Source: Candidatus Heimdallarchaeota archaeon
GTDB taxonomy: Archaea; Asgardarchaeota; Heimdallarchaeia; Hodarchaeales; Hodarchaeaceae
Assembly: GCA_048881705.1 (NCBI GenBank)
Contig: JBHLSH010000035.1
Span: 1-36,993, forward strand
DNA length: 36,993 nucleotides
Direction of reading: 5' to 3'
In this document: positions 7,969 through 18,059 of the stretch, one piece after another
Position numbering within the stretch: the stretch's first letter is position 1
Layout: every line of letters begins with the position of its first letter
The notes under the pieces: model-generated
What the model saw: the letters and a program-made list of their open reading frames with translations, nothing else
Told to the model about the DNA's origin: nothing
Databases searched by the model: none
Made by a program: the position numbers and the translations under genes

Positions 7969-9840
7969 TTAAAGGTTTTGGTCTTCCTCTGTTTTTTTAT
8001 GGGCACTAGAATGTGCTAGAAAGCGTGTTAAATCACGTAAATACTGTTTGGCCTCCTTCAGAGACATTTCCTTGATTTCCCAGGGAATATGGATCTTTTC
8101 CGCTAGATTGAGAATCTTCGTCTGGATAATAAATGCATCCAAGATATCTTGTTGGCGCTGTACCTTCTCTTGGAGCTGGATAAAGTTATGGAGTTTCGCA
8201 CTTGTTAAACACCGGGAAAGTACTTCTTTGGCTTGAAGAAGGTGACCCTGGGCCATCTCAAAAGTACCGAGAATCAGATCAACTTCGTCTCGAAACATTA
8301 CGGATACTTGTGATGCGCTTTTGAGATCATTCAAAAACAAATTAACCTTATGGAGGTCTTCTTCATTCTCTGAAGCAAGGTAGGATTCAAGCGAAAGTTT
8401 CGTAAGACCAATTAGCGTTCCAGTTTCAACCTCAAATGTATTAGCCCATTGTAAAGCTTGAAAAAAGTGTTTTTCTGCCAGTTGTAGTTCTCTACGGTTC
8501 AAAGCAATGGTCCCGAGGGTATTGTAATAACGTCCCTTATCCAAAGAACGTGGATTATCTTTGATTTGTAACCATGCTTGCTCACATAGCTTTTGACTCT
8601 CTTTCACATATCTTGAACCCATACTGGACAGTAATTCGGCGTAAGCAAGGAGGATCACTACGGGGGGTTTGTTAAAACAAGACAGACTCTTTTCATAGTA
8701 TTTTTTGGCTTTATTTTGGTCACCTTTAGTAATCTCAAGCCACCCTAAAGCGCCATACGTATATCCCATTCCCAGCTTATCATCATCTCTGGAATCATCT
8801 AGGCTCGCTTTGTAATGTGTGGTAGCACTCTTATGGTCTCCTATGACGGTATAAATCATCCCCAAAACATTATGGCTAAAGGCACTATGCCAATGATATT
8901 TAAACACCTCTGAATTAAGTTTCAATGCTTCCTGAAGATAGTTAATTGCACGTGTATATTCACCAGTGAAACGTAAGTTGGATCCAAGTTTATTCAAGAT
9001 TATCAAGCGTCTGTAAGAGCTTCTATCTAGAAGAGCCAGCGCATTTTCGAGCAACTCGATTGCCCAATGGTATTCGTCAAACGGATTTACAAGTATGGTA
9101 GCAAAGTTAAGAAATAGATTGGTGCGAATATCTGAACTTTCATCTTGACAGATATGAAGACAATTTTTCATACTTTCAAGGAAGGACTCTCGATCCCTTT
9201 TCGATTGATTAATACGGGCTTGAATAAACAGAAGGTATCCTTCTAGCAAATTAGATTCATGTAAATGATCTGATTTCTTTAATTTGCTTACCGCCTTTTG
9301 TACCAATCCCTCCCAATGAATTTCAGAAATGCCCTGAGTAAATACCCAGCAGAAATCCAAAGCTGGTAACCAATGGGTTGAGAGTTTAGAATAACTATAT
9401 CTAAGCCCTTGATAGAGTATTCTTGAAAATCCCTCCTCATCATGTAGTTTTCGGGTGCATCTTATGAGTTGTGATAAATAATAAAGATGTCTGGGAGGAT
9501 CTTCTTCTGTTGAATTCGCCGCTGTTTCGAATAATGCGAAGCTCGTGGAATAATCGTGTAAATGGTAGCTAATAGAGCCCAATTTCCCTTGAATTTTGGC
9601 TAATAGCGATTGATGTTCCGTGATTAGATTAAGTTGAGGCGCTAGAGATAGTGCTTCTTCAAAAGCAACCTTAGCTTTATCAAAATCCCTTTTATGACGA
9701 GTAAGTTCCCCAGTTATCAAATGAGTCCAGAATTTTCCTCCAATAGTCGTTTCTTTTAGCTGACCATGAATTTTCTCTGCATCGGAGATCCGATGTTGCG
9801 AAATGAGGCGTTTCACTTCCTCGTAGATACGCAACGACAT
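7969..9840 (-). CDS. Tetratricopeptide-repeat (TPR) protein
   Basis: Repeated helical TPR patterns, e.g. LNKLGSNLRFTGEYTRAINYLQEAL, HNVLGMIYTVIGDHKSATTHYKASL, YNTLGTIALNRRELQLAEKHFFQAL. Confidence 0.88.
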   Translation of the reverse strand: MSLRIYEEVKRLISQHRISDAEKIHGQLKETTIGGKFWTHLITGELTRHKRDFDKAKVAFEEALSLAPQLNLITEHQSLLAKIQGKLGSISYHLHDYSTSFALFETAANSTEEDPPRHLYYLSQLIRCTRKLHDEEGFSRILYQGLRYSYSKLSTHWLPALDFCWVFTQGISEIHWEGLVQKAVSKLKKSDHLHESNLLEGYLLFIQARINQSKRDRESFLESMKNCLHICQDESSDIRTNLFLNFATILVNPFDEYHWAIELLENALALLDRSSYRRLIILNKLGSNLRFTGEYTRAINYLQEALKLNSEVFKYHWHSAFSHNVLGMIYTVIGDHKSATTHYKASLDDSRDDDKLGMGYTYGALGWLEITKGDQNKAKKYYEKSLSCFNKPPVVILLAYAELLSSMGSRYVKESQKLCEQAWLQIKDNPRSLDKGRYYNTLGTIALNRRELQLAEKHFFQALQWANTFEVETGTLIGLTKLSLESYLASENEEDLHKVNLFLNDLKSASQVSVMFRDEVDLILGTFEMAQGHLLQAKEVLSRCLTSAKLHNFIQLQEKVQRQQDILDAFIIQTKILNLAEKIHIPWEIKEMSLKEAKQYLRDLTRFLAHSSAHKKTEEDQNL

Positions 9841-10033
9841 GAAAGATTAACTCCAGTTGTACGCTGTCTTCAATGGATTCGACTTAAATACAATTTACTG
9901 TTGAATCCAAAAAAAAGCACCAGGCAAATTGAAAAAACTAGATTTGTATCCTTACATTCCTGTTCTACTACCTATGCTATCGTGTGGTTGGGGTCCCGAA
10001 GATCAGAGGGGAGGTAGAAGGAGATTAAGTCAG

Positions 10034-10177
10034 TTGCCAGCTGTCATCATCTCTACACCGTCAGAATTTAATCTAGGCAGTGTAGATCCAGACGGTAAAA
10101 CCTTCATCACTCCTGAAACGGAAGTTCTCTCTGGATTTATCAATGCCATTGATGAGTTAAGTCTGATCGATCCTTAG
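10034..10177 (+). pseudogene. Possible N-terminal fragment of a longin/roadblock-like gene, truncated at the 3' end of the DNA methyltransferase
   Basis: SD-like GGAGGT/AAGGAG upstream of TTG 10034. The peptide PAVIISTPSEFNLGSV...EVLSGFINAIDE resembles the strand-1/helix-1 pattern of the three longin domains in this window (LLSGALTAVSSF, MVPGFLNALETF). The similarity stops at 10156, next to the MTase stop codon. Confidence 0.4.
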
Positions 10178-12721
10178 ATAAACCTGGTCTATTTTCGGTA
10201 TTAAGGCAATCGTCTGTGCGATTACATCACATACGGAGAGGAAATATTCCAGTTCAGTATTTGATATAGGTCTCTGAATCGTATTCCGTTTATAATGGAG
10301 ACTAAAGCGGCGAGAATACAGCCATTGCTTTAGAACTTGACGATTTCCTATTTTGAAGTTCCACATCTCCTGGGTAATGTTTTCTATGCAGAATTTTCCA
10401 TCATACACTCTGTTATCCTTGGGCTGAAGATATATTCGTTGATTCTCTGCACTATACGAAATTTTCGTAATTTTCAGGTCCTTAGAACTACTTATGGGGA
10501 ATTCAGATTTATTAATATTGATGGAATTTAATAAATGCAAAGATATGAGTTTTTTCCCAAGATCAGACATCTCAAGAAAATCAGATTCATTTTTTGGGAA
10601 TGGAATTTTTGGAAAATCACGAATCAATAGAGACTCATAACGCTTTCGGTAGGTTTGAGAGAATAAAACTCCGTAGACGTAGTTTAACAGCATTTCAGGT
10701 TCAATATGATAGTTTAGAGACGGAAGAACGACATTGGAATTTCCTCGTATTTTTATCACAAATCCGTAAGCGGATTCTTTGGATTTCGGGGAGAGAAAGC
10801 ATTTGTGAAACGGTTTGTCCGTTATAAAAACGTGTGTAAAAGGGGGATTTAGTAGGAGTTTGGTAACTATTAACGCTGGATTAGTATCTGAAATATTGTC
10901 CATCAAACGTTTTCTATACCGATCAATTAATTTAGGCTCATGCGAAAGGTACCTTTCATCAAAACCCCTAAAACCAAAATGTTTAATGAGCTCGATACTA
11001 CGATCCCCTATCCCAAGACCCTGGATACGAACTTTATCAAAGTTTAGAGTTGAAGGTACGCGCACACCCATTGATTCTAAATCCTCTTCCCGTTTTTCGA
11101 AAAATAGTTTCAATCGTCGTCTGAGAGTTTCTTTATCGACGTCTATGACAAGTTTGTCCCTATGAGTCGCGATTCCCACGCTCTTATATCCAAATAATTG
11201 ATCTAGTGAATAGAACTTCCTGTACCTTTTTAGAGTATTCTCAATTATCTCTGTGGGCGTAAATAAATGATCTTCAGTAATGGATAATTGAGAGAATTTC
11301 GAAGCATCAAATCCCTTCGCAAGTTCCGTGAATTTTCCGATCTTTTGGGGTTGCGGAAGACTCCAATAGTGGATTTTGGCTGGAGAAAGATGAGTTTGGT
11401 TAGTGTAAACAAAGAAAAATATGCAAACACCCAATTTAATGTCAAAAGGGTTACCAGTTTCTCCTTTTCGTGGATCACCGTGAAGATTAACAATGTAAAT
11501 CTGATCAAAGACTCGTAAGAGTTCTTTTCTCATCCCGCGGAAGATCTTTCCATCCAGAAAGGTGTTATTGGTTATATATGCAACAATTCCTTTCTTTTCC
11601 TGTTGTACTATCCATTGCGCCCAACGAATGAATTTGATATAATCATCTGAAAGTGGCTGGACGTTTCGTTCGTTGATCATCTTCCTATAGTCTTTTAAAA
11701 TGGATGAGAGCCACCTAGGTCTATTCTTGGACAACCTTCGATATGGTGGGTTTCCTAATACTACTACGACATCAGATCTTGATTCAAGGGATTTGAGCTC
11801 CAATGCATTACGTAAGTACATGTTTGGTAAGTTATATGAGCCAGAGGTGATTCCCAAATCCTCAACAGCGAGCCAAAGACAGAAGTGACTAATCAAGTAG
11901 GGCGCTGGAAGTACTTCAAATGTATAAAGATTTTTTAAAAATCCTTCATTATACCACGCCGTCAGCTCTCGTATGGCTCGTTTATTTTGAGTAGAATATG
12001 AGGCAAAGAATCGATCCGTGGCAAAACGAAGTATCCCAAGTGGAAATGTCGATGTTCCACTCGCAGGATCTATTATGGTTATATCAGGGTCTATGACTCC
12101 CTTGTTTCTTCCCAAGTCAGAACGTAAGAGGCTGTCGATCCCCTGAATAATAAAATCAACTATTGTTTGGTGAGTATTGATGACCCCCTGCGTTTTCGCT
12201 GTTTCAGGGTTGTAATTCCGTAAGAAAGAACTGTAAAATACGTTTATCAGCTGGTTCTTTCGCAAATTACAGAAATGCTCAGACATTTCAACTTTATCTA
12301 TGATCTCTAGAATTGGATTGATGTTATGTTCAAGTAGCGGACTTGAAATTATGGGTACGAAATTTTTCAAGAACATCTGTTTATTATGGACTGATGAAAA
12401 ACTATATTTTGGAGAAAATCGCTTCCCGTCCGGGAATATGCCGTCCTGACAAACCATTGAAACGAAAATGCAATTTATGATTGATTCAACAAGTAACTTC
12501 GTCAAATCCCGCATATTTGCTGAAATATCATTAGGTGTAGTTGGTATCCATTTCTGGATCTTGTGAAGCCAATCTTTAACCACCAATTCTTCGTTTGTGA
12601 ATTCGTCCTTCTTCGTCAGGATCCTTAAGAATATTTGTTGAATGTTCTTCGCATGGGGTATCAAATCGCCAGATAAACCTACAAACGCTCGGTTTTCAGG
12701 ATTAAAACTCGATCTGTTCAA
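10157..12721 (-). CDS. N6-adenine DNA methyltransferase with type ISP-like C-terminal target-recognition region; no nuclease or helicase domain visible
   Basis: Motif I-like IIDPASGTSTF, motif IV VVLGNPPY, DDYIKFIRWAQW, GIVAYITNNTFLDG..FRGMR, NLHGD.RK, YVYGVLFSQTYRKRY, RDFPKIPF, WNFKIGNRQVLKQWLYSR. TTG start. Confidence 0.88.
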   Translation of the reverse strand: MNRSSFNPENRAFVGLSGDLIPHAKNIQQIFLRILTKKDEFTNEELVVKDWLHKIQKWIPTTPNDISANMRDLTKLLVESIINCIFVSMVCQDGIFPDGKRFSPKYSFSSVHNKQMFLKNFVPIISSPLLEHNINPILEIIDKVEMSEHFCNLRKNQLINVFYSSFLRNYNPETAKTQGVINTHQTIVDFIIQGIDSLLRSDLGRNKGVIDPDITIIDPASGTSTFPLGILRFATDRFFASYSTQNKRAIRELTAWYNEGFLKNLYTFEVLPAPYLISHFCLWLAVEDLGITSGSYNLPNMYLRNALELKSLESRSDVVVVLGNPPYRRLSKNRPRWLSSILKDYRKMINERNVQPLSDDYIKFIRWAQWIVQQEKKGIVAYITNNTFLDGKIFRGMRKELLRVFDQIYIVNLHGDPRKGETGNPFDIKLGVCIFFFVYTNQTHLSPAKIHYWSLPQPQKIGKFTELAKGFDASKFSQLSITEDHLFTPTEIIENTLKRYRKFYSLDQLFGYKSVGIATHRDKLVIDVDKETLRRRLKLFFEKREEDLESMGVRVPSTLNFDKVRIQGLGIGDRSIELIKHFGFRGFDERYLSHEPKLIDRYRKRLMDNISDTNPALIVTKLLLNPPFTHVFITDKPFHKCFLSPKSKESAYGFVIKIRGNSNVVLPSLNYHIEPEMLLNYVYGVLFSQTYRKRYESLLIRDFPKIPFPKNESDFLEMSDLGKKLISLHLLNSININKSEFPISSSKDLKITKISYSAENQRIYLQPKDNRVYDGKFCIENITQEMWNFKIGNRQVLKQWLYSRRFSLHYKRNTIQRPISNTELEYFLSVCDVIAQTIALIPKIDQVYLRIDQT

Positions 12722-12962
12722 GCGAATCTTCCCGATGTTTCAATCAACGATCCTAATTGGTTTTTTGTACTTTCGAACTCTCTTCTTCAGTAAAACTTTC
12801 TTACTTTATGAGAATTTTCCTAAAAACCATCAATATTGAGTAAAATAATAGCGAAGAAGAAATTGTAGCTGAAGATGTCATAATTGATCTAGCAACCTTA
12901 GAGGTACAAATAGAGAGAGACGATATTTTGTGACTATGACAAAAAAAGGGATGAAGATCTAA

Positions 12963-13775
12963 TTGGGAACCACTTCACTGAAATTGAACTTTGAGGAGAA
13001 ACCACTTATTGGTATGATACATCTTCCCTCATTGGTAGGGTCAATATCTGATTTAGATGAGCGAGCCAGGGTTTTGAAGCGCGCAAGAGAAGATATGAAG
13101 GTTTTATCTGAAGCGGGTTTCAATGCAATTCTAGTTGAGAATTATGGAGACCTTCCCTTTCCTAAATATCGTTTAGATGATGCACGGTATCTTGTTTTTT
13201 CGCATATCGTAATGGGCCTAATTTCTGAGATTAAAATACCTCTAGGAGTAAACATACTCCGTAATGCATGTGGTCAAGCTTTAACTTTAGCAACTGTAGC
13301 TGGAGCAAGTTTTATTCGGTGTAATGTATGGGAAGGAGCGTATATCACAGACCAAGGTATAATCGAAGGAGTCGCCTACCAAGTCCAAAAGAGGAAAACT
13401 GAATTATCATCACATGTGAAAATTCTAGCTGATATCCACGTTAAACATTCAACATCACTTGGCCAGTTTAGTCTTGGGGAAGCCGCACAAAACGCCTTAA
13501 AACGGGGAAAGGCCGATGCGATAATCGTTACGGGCCGTTCGACGGGCGAACTGATACCCTCTTCCGAATTAAGGGATCTAGCTTTAAATTACCATATCAA
13601 ACCTATTCTAGGAAGTGGGCTCAATTTTGAGAACATCTCGTCGGTTTTCCCTTATTTATCAGGCGCAATCGTCGGAACTGCCATAAAAAAGGATCCCCAA
13701 GATCTTTCCACTTCAATTGATCCAATCAAATCCAATAGAATTGCCCAAAGATGGATTTCAATGAAAGATGGATGA
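12963..13775 (+). CDS. BtpA/SgcQ family TIM-barrel protein
   Basis: KPLIGMIHLP, AILVENYGDLPF, PLGVNILRN, ILADIHVKH, ADAIIVTGRSTG, GAIVGTAIK. Confidence 0.92.
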   Translation: MGTTSLKLNFEEKPLIGMIHLPSLVGSISDLDERARVLKRAREDMKVLSEAGFNAILVENYGDLPFPKYRLDDARYLVFSHIVMGLISEIKIPLGVNILRNACGQALTLATVAGASFIRCNVWEGAYITDQGIIEGVAYQVQKRKTELSSHVKILADIHVKHSTSLGQFSLGEAAQNALKRGKADAIIVTGRSTGELIPSSELRDLALNYHIKPILGSGLNFENISSVFPYLSGAIVGTAIKKDPQDLSTSIDPIKSNRIAQRWISMKDG

Positions 13776-13825
13776 TTCCAAGCCATTAATATCGTATAAA
13801 CTTCAGTGTGAGATGAAAGATAGAT

Positions 13826-14680
13826 ATGTTGACTCAAATTCCTTCAATAACAATTGAAACGATCATTGGGGCCCTAATCCTTACGGGATTAGCGGGATTT
13901 GCTACAACAATTGGCGCTGGGTTCTCCTTTGTTACAACAAAACCCTCTGTACGATTGCTGGCAGTAGGTTTGGGTTTTTCTGGCGGAGTAATGCTTGCTG
14001 TTTCATTTATTGAACTGCTTCCTTCAGCCATAGATGAATTCAGCGCAGCAGGTGCTTCCGATCGGGACTCTTTTCTTCTTGGGAATGTCTGGTTTTTTGC
14101 GGGGATCCTTTGTATCTTCCTGGTAGACATCTTGGTTCCTCATTTATACAAAGAGGAAGATTCAAGTCGTTCATCTCATATAACAGATGTCACGAATAAT
14201 AACAAAAAACATGGTTCGTTGTCCAGAGGAGAGCTTCAGCGTATAGGGGTGTTAACAGCCGTGGGAATCTTTATTCATAATTTTCCTGAGGGTTTAGTCA
14301 CCTTTACAAGTTCCTTAAAGTCCTTGGAACTAGGATTTGTCCTGGCAATTGCTGTTGGCTTACATAATATTCCAGAAGGTCTTTCAGTGAGCATTCCGAT
14401 CGTTTCAGCAACAGGAAACAAATGGCACGCATTTCGGTTGGGACTTCTTTCTGGACTGGCCGAACCGATAGGGGCATTTGTAGCTGCCTTTCTTTTATTT
14501 CCATTTCTTTCTCCAACACTAATAGGAAGTTCTTTGGCCTTCGTAGCGGGAATCATGGTCTTTATTTCGTTTGATGAACTTCTTCCAGCTGCCAAATCCG
14601 CTGATGATTCCCACCTTGTAACTCTCGGTATAATAACGGGTATGATCATTATGTCTCTTACCCTTTGGATGTTTTCCTAA
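13826..14680 (+). CDS. zupT: ZIP-family zinc/divalent metal transporter ZupT
   Basis: GVMLAVSFIELLP, IHNFPEG, LHNIPEG, GLAEPIGA, AGIMVFISFDELLP. Confidence 0.93.
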   Translation: MLTQIPSITIETIIGALILTGLAGFATTIGAGFSFVTTKPSVRLLAVGLGFSGGVMLAVSFIELLPSAIDEFSAAGASDRDSFLLGNVWFFAGILCIFLVDILVPHLYKEEDSSRSSHITDVTNNNKKHGSLSRGELQRIGVLTAVGIFIHNFPEGLVTFTSSLKSLELGFVLAIAVGLHNIPEGLSVSIPIVSATGNKWHAFRLGLLSGLAEPIGAFVAAFLLFPFLSPTLIGSSLAFVAGIMVFISFDELLPAAKSADDSHLVTLGIITGMIIMSLTLWMFS

Positions 14681-14765
14681 GCTTAAAGGTTCTCGAAGAT
14701 TGGAAGAGGAAAAAAAAACTGCGATATTGTGAGGCTAAAAGGGGAGAGGCGAGGAAGGATTTGAA

Positions 14766-15083
14766 GTGAATTTCGTGTTTCCAGAAAAACCCCAAGCGAG
14801 CTACCTAAAATTGGGGGAAACGATAACAATCAAGAGGTTGAAGACTTTAGCAACTCAATATAGATTGGTCCTTGTGATTTGGGGTGAAATCCATATAGTT
14901 ACTGATCCTCTAAGATTTAACAACAGCCATATATATCCTCGGGGTTCCTATCGGGTAGAGGATATTGATACCAGAGGGCAATGGATTGAATTACGATATC
15001 TTCCGCCAGATAATGTCCCGCTTTTAATGGGAGAATCATCGGTTAACGAAATAGGTTTGAATTTGAAGCAAAATTCAGCATGA
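14766..15083 (+). CDS. Hypothetical protein
   Basis: A 105-aa ORF with GTG start after a purine-rich (GGAAGGA) stretch, filling the gap between two same-strand genes. No recognisable motif. Confidence 0.45.
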   Translation: MNFVFPEKPQASYLKLGETITIKRLKTLATQYRLVLVIWGEIHIVTDPLRFNNSHIYPRGSYRVEDIDTRGQWIELRYLPPDNVPLLMGESSVNEIGLNLKQNSA

Positions 15084-15233
15084 AATCTATTCTCAATTAA
15101 AAATACCCTTAGGTATTTATATCTTCTAGTTTTTTCGTCTTCAATAGCTGTTTTATTACATTAGATGGGAATAGAGAGCCTTCAAATACCTTGACATCAG
15201 TCATTTCAAGTAGTGGTTTGATTAGATTATCAT

Positions 15234-16112
15234 GTGGTAACGATGCCTCCCTTTTCAGATAACTTTTTGATCTTGGGAACAATGATGTTATATGGCGTTT
15301 TTAGCGGGGGATCGGCGATTATCCTTAAGAAGGGCATTATTCGGGCTGGGGGTATACAGATTACACATTTTTTCCGTGATCTTTTGCCTGCTATATGGCG
15401 TTTGGCATCAACCCCATTGTGGCTTTTTGGAGGGTTCATTGCTGTTATTGGATTCCTGATATATGCGTATGCTTTGAATTCCTATGAAGTTTCGGTAGTA
15501 AAACCCTTGGTAAACACTAATTTATTATTTACATTCCTCTTCGCCTATGTAATTTTTCACGAAAAACTATCCTGGCTGGAGTGGATGGGGGTCAGTACCC
15601 TCGTCGCAGGTATCCTATTTACAGCTTTTTCTCCAGGAATTGGATCTACGGATCTCATTAATGTCCCCTTACTTTACCTTCTATTTCCTTTAACATTAAT
15701 AATCGCATTTATCATGATACTTGTGATGTTCATCCTAAAACGGGGTTCTGCAGAATTTGCTTTCCCTGTTTTTGCAGGGATCTTCTTTGGTATGGGAACC
15801 TTCTTTACTAAGAGTCTTCTGATTGGGTATTCAGAGCTGGAAACTTTAACTTATGCATTACTATTTATTTACTCGTTGCTGATGCTCATGGTAACTTATG
15901 GATTCGCTGCGCTTGGACAGCAACTTGCGTTTGAGAAAGGAAGGCTAAGCGTCGTATCACCCATATCAAATTCATTAACCGTGATAACATCCCTAGTCGG
16001 TGCCAAATGTATATTTTTTGAGACATTTGACCAAATTAGACTTCTTGGTATTGCATGTATTCTGGTATCACTGTTTATTCTGCGTAGAGAGATTGATCGT
16101 TCCAAACTTTAG
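15234..16112 (+). CDS. DMT/EamA-like (NIPA-like) transporter
   Basis: Two repeated hydrophobic halves; EVSVVKPLVNTNLLFTFLFAYVIFHEKLSWLEWMG and RLSVVSPISNSL. The start could be ATG 15243. Confidence 0.82.
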   Translation: MVTMPPFSDNFLILGTMMLYGVFSGGSAIILKKGIIRAGGIQITHFFRDLLPAIWRLASTPLWLFGGFIAVIGFLIYAYALNSYEVSVVKPLVNTNLLFTFLFAYVIFHEKLSWLEWMGVSTLVAGILFTAFSPGIGSTDLINVPLLYLLFPLTLIIAFIMILVMFILKRGSAEFAFPVFAGIFFGMGTFFTKSLLIGYSELETLTYALLFIYSLLMLMVTYGFAALGQQLAFEKGRLSVVSPISNSLTVITSLVGAKCIFFETFDQIRLLGIACILVSLFILRREIDRSKL

Positions 16113-17044
16113 ACCGTCGTGCTCTCCGAAGTATCCAGTTTTACTACTTGGTAAAGTTGGATCGCAACCACGCTAATGATGAGAAGAATCAGCCCTATCC
16201 ATTCAAAATCCCTAGGCCATTCTTGCAGGAATATAATTGCAAGAACTACTGTCTGAGGAAGCATGGTGCTGTTTATCAAGGTACTATCCATTGCCCGAAG
16301 ATGTCTCATTGAACCGTTCCATAAGGTAAAGGCTAGCGCTGTGTTAACTATACCCAACCAAACGATGTAAAATATCGCTATTGGAGAAAAATTGAGGATC
16401 TGAGAAAAATCTTCCACTAAAAATCCCCATCCTAGTAATCCCAGAGCACCTATGCTCATGCTCACACCCGTTACCAATAGAGCTGGATTTCCCGACCGAT
16501 TTATTGACCTACCTTGTATTGTGGCTAGTGAGTTGGCAAATAACTCAACGGTCACGATAAACAGTCCAAAAAGAGTCGCTGAACTAAAATCTACCGGAGT
16601 AAAGTAAATTATTACACCAATAAGAACAACGACAAAGAAAAAGATCTCAAACCTCGAAGGCCTTTCGCTTAATAAGCCAATAGACAGGATGATAACCACA
16701 AATATCGTTAAGTTTAGTACAAAAGAGACGGTGATTGCTGGGAGTAGAGATAGTGCCAAAAATTGAGTACCCTGGGTGATGGTGATAAAAACTATTCCGT
16801 ATACCGCCATGTTAACCCACCACCTCCGTGATTGATACGAAAGCCAAGTTCTGCTGTTTTTATCTTTCAGAATTAAGACAACAAGTACAATGGCACCTAT
16901 AATATAACGTAATCCAGCGAAGATGAGAGGGGGAATCTCTGTAAGCCCAAACTTTATGATTACCCACGACGAAGACCAAAGAAGAGTGACGAAAACAGCT
17001 TGCCCTACTGCACTGAGATATTCCTTGCTTAGGCGCGCTTCCAA
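16109..17044 (-). CDS. EamA/DMT family transporter
   Basis: LLWSSSWVIIKFGLTEIPPLIFAGLRY and VNTALAFTLWNGSMRHL; ~10 TM helices. Confidence 0.9.
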   Translation of the reverse strand: MEARLSKEYLSAVGQAVFVTLLWSSSWVIIKFGLTEIPPLIFAGLRYIIGAIVLVVLILKDKNSRTWLSYQSRRWWVNMAVYGIVFITITQGTQFLALSLLPAITVSFVLNLTIFVVIILSIGLLSERPSRFEIFFFVVVLIGVIIYFTPVDFSSATLFGLFIVTVELFANSLATIQGRSINRSGNPALLVTGVSMSIGALGLLGWGFLVEDFSQILNFSPIAIFYIVWLGIVNTALAFTLWNGSMRHLRAMDSTLINSTMLPQTVVLAIIFLQEWPRDFEWIGLILLIISVVAIQLYQVVKLDTSESTTV

Positions 17045-17171
17045 AGCGTATCACACTCTTTACAAATAGGCCTGGGGAGGTTTTCCGATAGGGGATAGTT
17101 GCTAGGTTTTCTGCTTTTAAATGAAAACTGTTTAATTTCCCTAACACTCACCATTCAGAGAGGTTCATATA

Positions 17172-18059
17172 ATGCTTCAAATGGGTAATCAAAGTTCTAG
17201 TGATTTATTAAGTCAGTTATGGGAGACTTATAGCCCTTTATTGTTTAATTTAGTGCTAGTTTTGTTAATAGTTTTTTTTCTTTGGATCTTTTGGGGATTT
17301 CTCCTTAGACGTATAAAAACGCGAGTGTCTCCAGAGCTTCACAATGCCCTACGAACTCTTGGACGTGCGACGTTCCTTTTACTGGGTTTATTCTGGATCG
17401 TTGGGGAGGAACTCTTCTTTGGTGCCGCGGCACTGCTTGGAACTGCTATTGGATTTGCTTCTTCTACCACAATTGGGAATTTCATTAGTGGCCTATACCT
17501 TCTTGTCACCAATCCTTTTAATGTGGGCGACTATGTGATGATTCCCAGTTTCAAGGCAGAAGGAATAGTAGAAGAGATTTCCATCAACTACACGAAGATC
17601 TTGACGCCACAAGGGATTCACGTAATTATCTCTAATCAAAAACTCTTGGGAGCCTCAATATTTAATACGAATATCACGATTCCTTCAGAAGCAATTGATA
17701 AGGGAAAAATAACATGGAGAGACCATAAAGCGGACAGATTTGACAGTATTGAAGATGTCGTCGATATCCTAAAAGGTATTCGGGCCAGGTACGCGTTGAA
17801 ATCCAAGGAATACTATATTTATCCATTAAACTTCTCTGTCAATCCGGACAAATACATTCATTCTCGTACGGAGAAGGTAATGGAGTTAACCACCAAAAAA
17901 TTTAGCGAACGTACGGAAGAACCTATCAATTGGTTTCTTCTAGACCGTTCCACGTATCAGCTTAATCTCATCGTCTCAAATCCATACGCGATTTTTGATT
18001 TACGATCAGATATTCTGGGATATTTGGAATCAGAGTTGGAAAAAGCCCATTCCCTCTAG
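17172..18059 (+). CDS. MscS-family small-conductance mechanosensitive channel
   Basis: Three N-terminal TM helices; IGFASSTTIGNFISGLYLLVTNPFNVGDYV...GIVEEISINYTKI...VIISNQKL. Confidence 0.9.
   Translation: MLQMGNQSSSDLLSQLWETYSPLLFNLVLVLLIVFFLWIFWGFLLRRIKTRVSPELHNALRTLGRATFLLLGLFWIVGEELFFGAAALLGTAIGFASSTTIGNFISGLYLLVTNPFNVGDYVMIPSFKAEGIVEEISINYTKILTPQGIHVIISNQKLLGASIFNTNITIPSEAIDKGKITWRDHKADRFDSIEDVVDILKGIRARYALKSKEYYIYPLNFSVNPDKYIHSRTEKVMELTTKKFSERTEEPINWFLLDRSTYQLNLIVSNPYAIFDLRSDILGYLESELEKAHSL

Noticed and set aside
9929-10033. N-terminal extension of the 82-aa ORF 9929-10177
   Set aside because: Low-complexity, non-protein-like sequence; the SD-like signals point to TTG 10034 instead.
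12642-12839. Plus-strand ORF checked as the missing C-terminal half of the longin fragment
   Set aside because: No longin-like pattern in any plus frame after 12721.
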